From Tannerellaceae bacterium (GTDB lineage Bacteria > Bacteroidota > Bacteroidia > Bacteroidales > Tannerellaceae): a DNA stretch of 64,000 bases. The stretch spans positions 38,789-102,788 of the forward strand of contig DBFWLD010000061.1 of NCBI GenBank assembly GCA_048465615.1, given 5' to 3'. Of the stretch, positions 1 through 7,503 are shown in pieces (position 1 is the stretch's first letter; each line of letters begins with the position of its first letter). A program made the position numbers and the translations under genes. The notes beneath the pieces are model-generated. The model was not told the DNA's origin, did no database searches, and saw nothing but the letters and a program-made list of their open reading frames with translations.

Positions 1-608
1 AACTGCCGGGCTTGCCGCTCTCCTTCCGAACGGTCGAAAGGCGGGGGCGAGAGGCAGGCGGCTACACTCCATCGTTCGGGCCAGGCGTCGTGCGGCTCGC
101 TCGGGAGCGCGAAAAGATGGGCCTGGGCCAAATCGCGGCGAACCGTAGCCTGCAAATTATCGAGTTGCAAGACGGCTTGGTGAATCAGGAAAAGATCGGG
201 CAGGCGTTGATGGGCGGCGGCCAGGAAACCGGCATCGCCGACGTAGATATGCTTCAACCGGCGTTCGAAAATAAAATCGCGGTAAAGCGACAAGGCGGGA
301 TAAACCGTCTGCTCCAATTCCGAAGGACGGAAAGCATTGCACAGAATCACATATACGCTATCGCTTTTCCCTTCCCGGCAGACGCGGCTTAATTCGTCTA
401 TTTCGGCTATAGGTTCCACGCGAAGCGGCAAACCGGCGGCCAGCCTGCGGACGAATCTCCCGGTCAGGGCGTATTCCGACACGGCCACGAAGCCTACGAA
501 CGAGAGTTCTTCCGCATGCAAGGCCGGATGGCGGAGGAAGGTATCGAGGGCCAGGGCTTGCTCGCGCGACAAACAAGGGTCGGGCGGTTGAGTTTTGGGG
601 CGGCTCAT
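1..608 (-). CDS. Hypothetical protein, 5' part only (202 codons; 3' end lies beyond the window start). Partner of the upstream P-loop NTPase.
   Basis: Hand translation of the minus strand from ATG (606-608): MSRPKTQPPDPCLSREQALALDTFLRHPALHAEELSFVGF... This frame has no stop down to nt 3. It is absent from the ORF track because no stop falls inside the window. Its ATG lies 2 nt after the TAA (611-613) of the upstream gene. I recognise no family motif. Confidence 0.5.
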   Translation of the reverse strand, partial: MSRPKTQPPDPCLSREQALALDTFLRHPALHAEELSFVGFVAVSEYALTGRFVRRLAAGLPLRVEPIAEIDELSRVCREGKSDSVYVILCNAFRPSELEQTVYPALSLYRDFIFERRLKHIYVGDAGFLAAAHQRLPDLFLIHQAVLQLDNLQATVRRDLAQAHLFALPSEPHDAWPERWSVAACLSPPPFDRSEGERQARQ

Positions 609-610
609 CG

Positions 611-1933
611 TTAGTCGTCTTCCAGGTATAGCCGGACGGATTGTTCCAGCAGCGGGTTTACGCTGCTCCACCAATTGCCGTTTTGATAGATGAATATAAA
701 GAGGGAGGAAAGGGCGGTGGCCAGCATCTCATGGTCGTCGGTGGTGCCGGAGCGGCGTTCGCCGACCGATTTGAGCAGCAGGAGCAACCGCCGGTTGTTC
801 ATCAAAGCCGGCTGCATGTTTTTCTTTAGTTTCGAAACCGCAATCTCCATATCTTCCGGCGAGATGGAACGGCCTTCGCACATATAGGAATGCAAACAGG
901 CTTCTCCCAGCAAGCGGATAAACTGGCGGATATTGCCGCCAGAATACCAGATGGCTTGCTCGATTACGCCGGGCTGGTAAAGCTCGCGGCTGGCTACCCG
1001 CCGGTAAGCGATTTCATACAGCAGCCGGTAGTCTTCTCCCAGGGCGGCCGAGAGCCGGCCGTCGCGCGCATGCTCTCTGATTTTCAACCCCAGAAAGCAT
1101 TCCTTCACATCGTGCAGGAAACGAACGTCGAGGGCGAGGCTGACGGGGGTGATGATGATCTTTTTGCATTGTAGCTCGGTCAGGTAATTCCGGTTTTCGA
1201 TAAAGAGGGCGTGTACCTGGGCCGGATTCACGATTTTTTCCAGGTCGTCGAAAACAACCAGGATGCTTTTGCCGTCGTTTTCCTCGGCATAGCGGCCGAT
1301 CATCCGGTTGACGAGGCCGAGAAATTCGGATTTGCCGACGCTGAAAAATTTCCGGCAGAGCTCCCGTTTGTTTTTTTCCAGGTGATACTCGCTTTTTAGT
1401 TGGGTAGGCGCTTCCATGCCGAAGAGTTTGAGCAGGCCGGCCAGCGTAACGCCCAGCCGGATCTCGGCGGCTCCTTCGAATAGGGTTTTCTTTTCCGATT
1501 CCAAAATGAGTTCTTCGTGTTCTACATATCGCCGGTAGATTTTGTCGAGGGCGGTCTGGAAAAGCGACTTGTCTTTCAGAAGGGCCAGCAGGTCGAGGGC
1601 GAACATCAGCAATACGTCGATAATGTCGACGTCCTGCAAATCGAAAAGCTCGCGTCCTTTGATGAGGATGATTTCGTAGCGGGCCGACAAATCGGCGTCG
1701 GCAAAATAATTGAGGGCCGTCGATTTGCCCGAACCGGGTTGGCCGTAAATGTAAAAGCAGTCGGGGGCATAGGGGTCGATAGCGAGGGCAGTTTTGAGTT
1801 CTTTCAACTTGCGTTCGTACAAGGGGATGTAAAAATCGCCGCCTTCCCTTTCACGATAGAGGGCGCCCACGTTGTTGAGGTTGATATAGAGTTGGCGCAG
1901 GTCGCAGGCTTTTTTCAGCATGGGTTTATTCAT
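611..1933 (-). CDS. P-loop NTPase of uncertain family (STAND / ORC-Cdc6 / AAA_16-like layout)
   Basis: Walker A GQPGSGKST (aa 64-72, nt 1718-1744). Walker B-like ILVVFDDLE (aa 224-232). Sensor-like KKIIITP (aa 257-263). The C-terminal third is helical. It has no signal peptide or TM segment. Confidence 0.7.
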   Translation of the reverse strand: MNKPMLKKACDLRQLYINLNNVGALYREREGGDFYIPLYERKLKELKTALAIDPYAPDCFYIYGQPGSGKSTALNYFADADLSARYEIILIKGRELFDLQDVDIIDVLLMFALDLLALLKDKSLFQTALDKIYRRYVEHEELILESEKKTLFEGAAEIRLGVTLAGLLKLFGMEAPTQLKSEYHLEKNKRELCRKFFSVGKSEFLGLVNRMIGRYAEENDGKSILVVFDDLEKIVNPAQVHALFIENRNYLTELQCKKIIITPVSLALDVRFLHDVKECFLGLKIREHARDGRLSAALGEDYRLLYEIAYRRVASRELYQPGVIEQAIWYSGGNIRQFIRLLGEACLHSYMCEGRSISPEDMEIAVSKLKKNMQPALMNNRRLLLLLKSVGERRSGTTDDHEMLATALSSLFIFIYQNGNWWSSVNPLLEQSVRLYLEDD

Positions 1934-2175
1934 AGCATACAGGTTTTTTATGTAGGTCGGCAGAAGCAGGGCTAACGTAAACGGGGAGACCGATGGGTAC
2001 GGTCTATCGCGAGATATAGCCTATCTTCGCTCGATGGGGGCAAAAATAAGAAATAATTTCCGGAAAAAGCGTTTTTCCAGGCCGTTTCTTATCCGCCGAA
2101 AATCCGCTTGCAGAGATTCGACGGACAGAAATGCCGGAAAAGGGAAAGATAGGGCCGCGGTAAAGCGGCCGCTTC

Positions 2176-2535
2176 TTATTTCAGTAGCTTCTCCTCGATC
2201 AATTCTTTGAGTTCTTTTTTGCCCATGGTTCCGAGCAGATGTTCGCGCGGCCCGTCGAGCGGACAGAACAGCAAGGTAGGAATGGTGCGGATACGGAAAG
2301 CGTTTTCCAAGGCTTCTTCCTGATCGACATTTACTTTGTAAATATAGATACGCCCGTCGTATTCGCGAGCCAGCTCGTCGAGGATAGGATCGAGCCGTTG
2401 GCAATAGCCGCACCAAGGAGCCGAAAAGTCTACCAGACAAGGCCGGCTGCCGATATATTTCCACCCCGCGGGGTCGGATTCGAAATCGCCCACATTGGCG
2501 ATAAAACCTTCTTTTGTCAAATCTATTACTACCAT
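2176..2535 (-). CDS. Thioredoxin-family protein
   Basis: 119 aa with the active-site motif WCGYC (FSAPWCGYCQ) and a thioredoxin-fold length. Confidence 0.85.
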   Translation of the reverse strand: MVVIDLTKEGFIANVGDFESDPAGWKYIGSRPCLVDFSAPWCGYCQRLDPILDELAREYDGRIYIYKVNVDQEEALENAFRIRTIPTLLFCPLDGPREHLLGTMGKKELKELIEEKLLK

Positions 2536-2857
2536 ACGATTTTATTTATCAGTTTAAAAACTGTTGTGATTTGGATAAACAGGCTGTTGGCCGAAAAATC
2601 GAACCAGCTTTCTCGTTTTGCTTATCCGGCCGGGCTAGCCTCCTTCAGCCATAGCGACAATTTTGCCGGCCTATGCGCCGGGAGGGCTTATCCCTGCTTC
2701 AGATAAACGAAGATACTTATTTATTCCGATATTCCGGTAAAGGATTCCTGTCTTCCGGGAAGAAAAGAGCGTTTAAAAAACACTAAAATCCAAGCGTCGA
2801 TACCCGATAGCCCCGCAGGTTTTATACTTTTGCATATCTGTTTTTAACAAAAAGAGC

Positions 2858-4057
2858 ATGCTGACACTCGATAAAATATACCAGGCTTCGTATGCCTTGA
2901 AAAATGTGATTCGCCGTACGGATCTCATTCATGCCCCCCATATCAATCCCGACTGCCGGATTTACCTCAAACCGGAGAACCTGCAAGTGACCGGTTCCTT
3001 TAAAGTGCGGGGGGCCTGTTTTAAAATCGCCCAGCTTACCGAAGCCGAGAAAGCGCAGGGCGTGGTAGCCTGTTCAGCCGGCAATCATGCCCAGGGAGTA
3101 GCGCTGTCGGCTTCCACGCACGGTATCCGGTCGCTGATCTGCCTGCCCGATAATGCGCCCATCTCGAAAATAGAAGCTACCAAGGGGTACGGGGCGGATG
3201 TTTGCCTGGTGGAAGGCGTGTATGACGATGCCTATAAAAAAGCCTTGCAATTGCGCGACGAAAAAGGGTATACGTTTATCCATCCTTTCGACGATGTAGA
3301 CGTGATTGCCGGGCAGGGCACTATCGGGCTGGAACTGTTGCAGCAGTTGCCGGAGGTGGAGGCCGTTATCGTACCCATAGGCGGGGGCGGTCTTATTTCG
3401 GGCATTGCCTATGCCATCAAAAACCTCAACCCGCAGGTGAAGGTATACGGCGTGCAGGCCGCCGGCTCGCCCAGCATGCTCGATTCCATCGGGCGGGGAA
3501 AAATCCGCCGGCTCGACCGGGTACGAACCATAGCCGACGGAATCGCGGTAAAAGAGCCGGGGATACATACCTTCGATCTTTGCCAGCAATATGTCGACGA
3601 AATCGTTTCGGTGACCGACGATGAAATTTCTACCGCTATCCTGGCGTTGATCGAACAGCAGAAGCTGATTGCCGAAGGCGCAGGGGCGGTAGCCGTGGCG
3701 GCGGCCATGTTTAATAAGGTTCCGGTAAGCCGGAAAAAGGTGATTTGCCTGGTGTCGGGCGGCAATATCGATGTTACGATTCTTTCCCGGGTAATCGGCC
3801 GGGGGTTGCAGAAATCGGGGCGTTCGTGCAGCATGACGATCGAATTGGTGGATAAGCCGGGGCAGTTGCAACAGGTATCGCGCATCATTGCCGAAACGGG
3901 GGCCAACGTGGTGTCGGTTTATCACGAACGGGTGAGCCATACGGCCGACATCAACGGTTGTTATCTGCATCTGGAAATGGAGACGCGCAATCAGCAACAG
4001 ATCAACGAAATCCGCCAGGCTCTGACGGTGGCCGGTTATAAAATAGTGGAGGGGTAA
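2858..4057 (+). CDS. ilvA: Threonine ammonia-lyase (threonine dehydratase), short form with one C-terminal ACT-like domain
   Basis: PLP-lysine motif TGSFKVRGA, a GGGGL glycine loop, and a 399-aa length with a regulatory tail. Confidence 0.9.
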   Translation: MLTLDKIYQASYALKNVIRRTDLIHAPHINPDCRIYLKPENLQVTGSFKVRGACFKIAQLTEAEKAQGVVACSAGNHAQGVALSASTHGIRSLICLPDNAPISKIEATKGYGADVCLVEGVYDDAYKKALQLRDEKGYTFIHPFDDVDVIAGQGTIGLELLQQLPEVEAVIVPIGGGGLISGIAYAIKNLNPQVKVYGVQAAGSPSMLDSIGRGKIRRLDRVRTIADGIAVKEPGIHTFDLCQQYVDEIVSVTDDEISTAILALIEQQKLIAEGAGAVAVAAAMFNKVPVSRKKVICLVSGGNIDVTILSRVIGRGLQKSGRSCSMTIELVDKPGQLQQVSRIIAETGANVVSVYHERVSHTADINGCYLHLEMETRNQQQINEIRQALTVAGYKIVEG

Positions 4058-4069
4058 CGACCGGGCGAT

Positions 4070-4480
4070 ATGATTACGCAGACCGAATTTACGCTTCGGC
4101 CCCGCCTGAGGGGCTTTCATTTGATTACGGAAGAGATTGTAAGAAATCTGCCGCCGCTGCCTGAAACGGGGCTGGTGCATTTATTTATCAAACATACTTC
4201 GGCCGCTCTTACGCTCAACGAGAACGCCGATCTCGATGTGCCGCTCGATATGGAAGCGATTTTCAACCGGTTGGTGCGCGAACGAGAGCCTTATTACCGC
4301 CATACGGCCGAGGGCGACGACGATATGCCGGCCCATGCCAAGTCGGTACTGCTCGGCGCCGGTTTGGCGATCCCGGTCAGCCGGCACCGGTTGAACCTGG
4401 GTATCTGGCAAGGTATTTATTTGTGCGAATTCCGCAACCGGGGCGGGGGCCGGAGGGTGGTAGCTACCGTGTTGGGCTGA
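4070..4480 (+). CDS. YjbQ/UPF0047 family protein (secondary thiamine-phosphate synthase-like)
   Basis: 136 aa. The HTSAALTLNENADLDV and EGDDDMPAH motifs are typical of the YjbQ family. Confidence 0.8.
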   Translation: MITQTEFTLRPRLRGFHLITEEIVRNLPPLPETGLVHLFIKHTSAALTLNENADLDVPLDMEAIFNRLVREREPYYRHTAEGDDDMPAHAKSVLLGAGLAIPVSRHRLNLGIWQGIYLCEFRNRGGGRRVVATVLG

Positions 4481-4576
4481 AACGGAGGCCGGGAAATAAA
4501 AAACTCCGGGGCTTGCCGGGAAGGCTCGGCTTGGGAAGCAGGCTTGTGGCCGACGCCCGGAGTTAAGTTGTTCTTT

Positions 4577-4650
4577 CTTAGAAGCTGTTTTGATTTTTTC
4601 GCCTGATGAGTCGAGAGGGCTGTTTGTAAAAAATCAAAACAATTTCTTAT
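4577..4650. repeat. MITE-like element, short (internally deleted) copy. The terminal inverted repeats form a 13-bp stem hairpin.
   Basis: Left arm cttagaagctgttttgatttttt (4577-4599). Right arm aaaaaatcaaaacaatttcttat (4628-4650). Sub-terminal sequences also match the 200-bp copy at 31905-32104 in inverted orientation. It lies between convergent genes, and its right arm contains the AraC-family stop codon (4647-4649). Confidence 0.7.
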
Positions 4651-5504
4651 TCTACCGCAATATAAATTTCGGTCAATAATTCGGAAGGATCGGTGGTGCA
4701 GGGATCGTTCAGGTAGCGTTCCGCGCTCGGATCGTCGCGCAGGGTGCATTCCAGTTCCGGAATACGCTGGGCGTAAATCGTGTCATATACCGATTGCAAT
4801 TGGTTGTACGGCCCTTTGTAGAGGAAAACGGCGTAACGGCCGCCCAACACGTTTTTTACTCCTACTTCTCCTTTGGGGGTCACTTCCGCAGAAACACGCA
4901 TGCAAATATCGGTGCGGAGACGTTCGGGAAGGGTTACTTTCGGATCGTCGTGATAGATGCAAAGCGGCGACGGGTCGAGCAATTCGGCGCCTTGCGAGCG
5001 GGCAAATTCCATAAGCGCCCTCCAGGTGCCGGCATAATCTACTTGCCGGTAATCGCCGCGGCGACAGATATAAATAGCCTGCCAGGCAGGTACTTCTTTA
5101 ATTTCCACCTGGAGATCCAGGTCGGTTTTTACTTTAGCTGGTTGCATAATGACGAATGTTTTATCGTTTCTGTATTGTTGAGGCGAAATCCCGTAAAACT
5201 GACGGAAGACTTTCGACAGGGAAGAAGGTACGTCGTATCCTACCTTGTAAGCAATTTCCTTGACGGGAAGGTCGGTATACCGCAGCCACCGAGCGGCCGT
5301 CTCGATGCGCATGCGGACGATGAAGGCTCCCAGCGGTTCGCCCAGGAAAGCGCTTACGATCCGATGGAAATGCCAGGGGGAAAATCCCGACATCTCTGCC
5401 AGAAAGTTTAAGTCGATTTCTTCGTTGAGATGATTGTTGATGTATTCTATCAAGCGGTTGATCCGCGCATGGTATTCTTCTTTCGTCGTTGTGTCTGCCT
5501 TCAT
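4647..5504 (-). CDS. AraC-family transcriptional regulator with a C-terminal GyrI-like effector-binding domain (Rob-like architecture)
   Basis: N-terminal double HTH (FLAEMSGFSPWHFHRIVSAF... KEIAYKVGYDVPSSLSKVFRQFYGISPQQYR) plus a ~150-aa GyrI-like C-terminus. Start placed at ATG 5504; the track start at 5525 is TTG. Confidence 0.85.
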   Translation of the reverse strand: MKADTTTKEEYHARINRLIEYINNHLNEEIDLNFLAEMSGFSPWHFHRIVSAFLGEPLGAFIVRMRIETAARWLRYTDLPVKEIAYKVGYDVPSSLSKVFRQFYGISPQQYRNDKTFVIMQPAKVKTDLDLQVEIKEVPAWQAIYICRRGDYRQVDYAGTWRALMEFARSQGAELLDPSPLCIYHDDPKVTLPERLRTDICMRVSAEVTPKGEVGVKNVLGGRYAVFLYKGPYNQLQSVYDTIYAQRIPELECTLRDDPSAERYLNDPCTTDPSELLTEIYIAVE

Positions 5505-5630
5505 ATTTTCTGGATTTCGATGCAAAGGTAAGCGGGAATCGGTTAAAAGGCTTTTCCTATCTTGCTAAAAATAGTGTTCTTTAAGGCTCGAAAAGCAGGT
5601 TGTTGCCGTACGGGGAGCTTAGGTTTGTTT

Positions 5631-5872
5631 CAAATCCAAGATAGGCCGCACCTCGGCAGAATCTAAACAAGTTTTGCTTCTGCACTCGGTTTGCACTACT
5701 TTGATTCAAAGAATCAAATCCAAGATAGGCGGCGCCTCGGCAGAATCAAAACAAGTTTTGCTTCTGCACTCGGTTTGCACTACTTTGATTCAAAGAATCA
5801 AATCCAAGATAGGCGGCACCTCGGCAGAATCAAAACAAGTTTTGCTTCTGCACTCGGTTTGCACTATCTTTG
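5631..5872 (+). repeat. Tandem repeat of 2.9 units with an 84-bp period. Each unit is a copy of the promoter-bearing palindromic element.
   Basis: Unit starts at 5631, 5715 and 5799 (caaatccaagatagg...). The units are nearly identical. The last unit ends in gcactatctttg, whereas units 1 and 2 end in gcactactttg. Confidence 0.95.
5841..5872 (+). promoter_or_regulatory. Bacteroidetes-type promoter (-33 TTTG, 20-nt spacer, -7 TATCTTTG) for the pentapeptide-repeat gene
   Basis: TTTG at 5841-5844 and TATCTTTG at 5865-5872 match the TTTG/TAnnTTTG consensus described for Bacteroides primary-sigma promoters. The site is 66 nt upstream of ATG 5938. Confidence 0.55.
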
Positions 5873-5937
5873 TTTCCCAATAAATAAAACGAAGATATAT
5901 TCATACAATTATACTTCCTAAGAAATAAGATTTGACT

Positions 5938-6570
5938 ATGCAGAATATCACTCCTCCCCGGCTAAAAGCCGGTTTGCCGGCCGCCCTCTCCGCCCCTGAA
6001 AACGAACTGGCCGGTTCCGCTTTCGACCATGAAACCGTGGAAGAGGTAAATTGCGAATTTTCCTCCGTCAGCAGTTGCCGGTTCGACCATATCCTTTTCA
6101 GCAATTGCCGGTTTCATAAATCCCAGTTCAGCGACGTCGTATTCTCTCATTGCGATTTGTCGAATGTCAGGCTTTCGGGCTGCGGCTTTCACCGGGTGGA
6201 ATTTACCGGATGCAAGCTGACCGGCACCGATCTTTCCGATTCGATCTTTAACCAGGTAGTATTCACCGACTGCCGGGCGGAATACCTGAATTTATCGGAG
6301 GGCAAACTTCGCCACCTTGGTTTCCGAGATTGCCTGCTCAGGGGAGCGGCCTTCGACAACTGCCGGCTTACCGATACGGAGTTCAGCGGATGCAACCTGT
6401 CGGAAGCCGAGTTTCATCGTACTTCCCTTGGAGGAATCGACCTTTCCGATTGCGATATTACCGGCATCCGGGTGAGCGGCATAGCGGCAGGCGAGCTGAA
6501 AGGAGCGGTAGTTACTTCGCTCCAAGCTCTCGAATTGGCCCGCCTGCTCGGTATCCGGATATGCGACTAG
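5938..6570 (+). CDS. Pentapeptide-repeat protein, Qnr/EfsQnr-like (putative topoisomerase-protection protein)
   Basis: About 210 aa of continuous A(D/N)LXX-type pentapeptide repeats (CRFHKSQFSDVVFSHCDLSNVRLSGCGFHRVEFTGCKLTGTDLS...). The N-terminus (MQNITPPRL..LP) and C-terminus (LKGAVVTSLQALELARLLGIRI) resemble Enterococcus EfsQnr as I recall it. Start placed at ATG 5938; the track start at 5932 is TTG. Confidence 0.8.
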   Translation: MQNITPPRLKAGLPAALSAPENELAGSAFDHETVEEVNCEFSSVSSCRFDHILFSNCRFHKSQFSDVVFSHCDLSNVRLSGCGFHRVEFTGCKLTGTDLSDSIFNQVVFTDCRAEYLNLSEGKLRHLGFRDCLLRGAAFDNCRLTDTEFSGCNLSEAEFHRTSLGGIDLSDCDITGIRVSGIAAGELKGAVVTSLQALELARLLGIRICD

Positions 6571-6857
6571 CCGGCATCCGGTTTGCTATACTCGGGATGT
6601 TTTTGCAGCCAGGCTATCGCATACGAGCATGAGGCCTCGGGCTTTAGCCCGTTTGCCCGGGCAAAGTCGTAGGCAAACCGCGCCAGCGCCGAAGCAATGC
6701 CTCGTCCTTCCAACGGCCGGGGAACGACGGTATGGAGAATATCCAAACCGTCGTCGGTCAGTTCGTATTCCACATAGGCCGTCAAACCCTCCTCTTTTAC
6801 CTCAAACCGATGTTCGGCCGGATAATGAAGTACTTCGTATTTTTTCTGCTGTTCCAT
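6567..6857 (-). CDS. Small GNAT-like N-acetyltransferase domain protein (YjdJ-like)
   Basis: 96 aa from the internal ATG 6857 (MEQQKKYEVLHYPAEHRFEV...GRGIASALARFAYDFARANGLK). The longer track ORF (to 7016) would overlap the lipocalin gene. Confidence 0.6.
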   Translation of the reverse strand: MEQQKKYEVLHYPAEHRFEVKEEGLTAYVEYELTDDGLDILHTVVPRPLEGRGIASALARFAYDFARANGLKPEASCSYAIAWLQKHPEYSKPDAG

Positions 6858-6889
6858 AACTATTTTTTTTACGCTAACCCTCTCTTTGT

Positions 6890-7405
6890 TTAAACCAAAT
6901 CTTCCTTTTGCGGTACCCACAGCAATTTGTCGGTATCGTAACCGCGGGCATAAGCCTCGTCGATCAGCCGGTTCAGCGTGGGCATCGGCATCGAAGGGGT
7001 ACGGCTTAAAATCCATAAATACCGGTCGGTATTGCTGCCGATCAACGCATATTGGTAATCCTCGTCCAGTTCCATCACATTATAGTCGGTATAGAACCAA
7101 AGGAAAAAAGAAACTTTCAATTGGCCCGGTCTGGCGGGATCGGGCCGTTTGGCTTTCCCCACGGCTTGTTTGTGCCGCCCGTTGAAATCGAGCAGGTATC
7201 CGCCGTTGACCACCCGTATTTTTCCGTCGGGCAACAAGCTGTAATCAGCCGTCACGCCCACCAGATTCCGCTCGAAACGATGATCGAAGCGGGCTATTTC
7301 GTACCACCGCCCCAGAAAGCGGTTCAAATCCAATTCGGGTACCGTGCTAGTATCCAGCTTCCGGTGCCGGTTATAGGTTGTAGAAGAAATATCAGAAGAT
7401 GCCAT
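6890..7405 (-). CDS. blc: Bacterial lipocalin (Blc-like)
   Basis: The motif LDLNRFLGRWYEIARF, a ~170-aa length, and YALIGSNTDRYLWILSR are typical of Blc. No obvious lipobox is present in this copy. Confidence 0.8.
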   Translation of the reverse strand: MASSDISSTTYNRHRKLDTSTVPELDLNRFLGRWYEIARFDHRFERNLVGVTADYSLLPDGKIRVVNGGYLLDFNGRHKQAVGKAKRPDPARPGQLKVSFFLWFYTDYNVMELDEDYQYALIGSNTDRYLWILSRTPSMPMPTLNRLIDEAYARGYDTDKLLWVPQKEDLV

Positions 7406-7503
7406 ATTGCTTAAAATTAAATGAATACTGTCGCAACTCCCTTAAAGAGCCGTCCTCTAATAACTTTTCCCGACGGTAAAAGTTCGGCCTTGTCCGAAAG
7501 CTT

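Noticed and set aside
2140-2172. A GGCCGC/GCGGCC hairpin after the thioredoxin gene, considered as a terminator.
   Set aside because: The stem is only 6 bp and the T-tract is weak and interrupted. It is plausible but too weak to list as a feature.
3074-4180. A 368-aa minus-strand ORF opposite ilvA and yjbQ.
   Set aside because: It overlaps two well-supported + strand genes, and its Arg/Pro/His-rich translation has no motif.
5631-5872. A possible CRISPR array.
   Set aside because: The units are directly abutting 84-bp repeats with no unique spacers. No cas genes are nearby, and related single copies are dispersed at promoters.
5674-5921. Two + strand ORFs (69 and 76 aa) encoding internally repeated peptides.
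   Set aside because: They exist only because the 84-bp period of the tandem repeat is a multiple of three. They have alternative start codons and no RBS or promoter logic, so the DNA repeat is the real feature.
6858-7016. An N-terminal extension of the small GNAT ORF (track ORF 6567-7016, 149 aa).
   Set aside because: The extension overlaps the 3' end of the lipocalin gene and is Arg/Pro-rich. The internal ATG 6857 gives a compact 96-aa domain protein.
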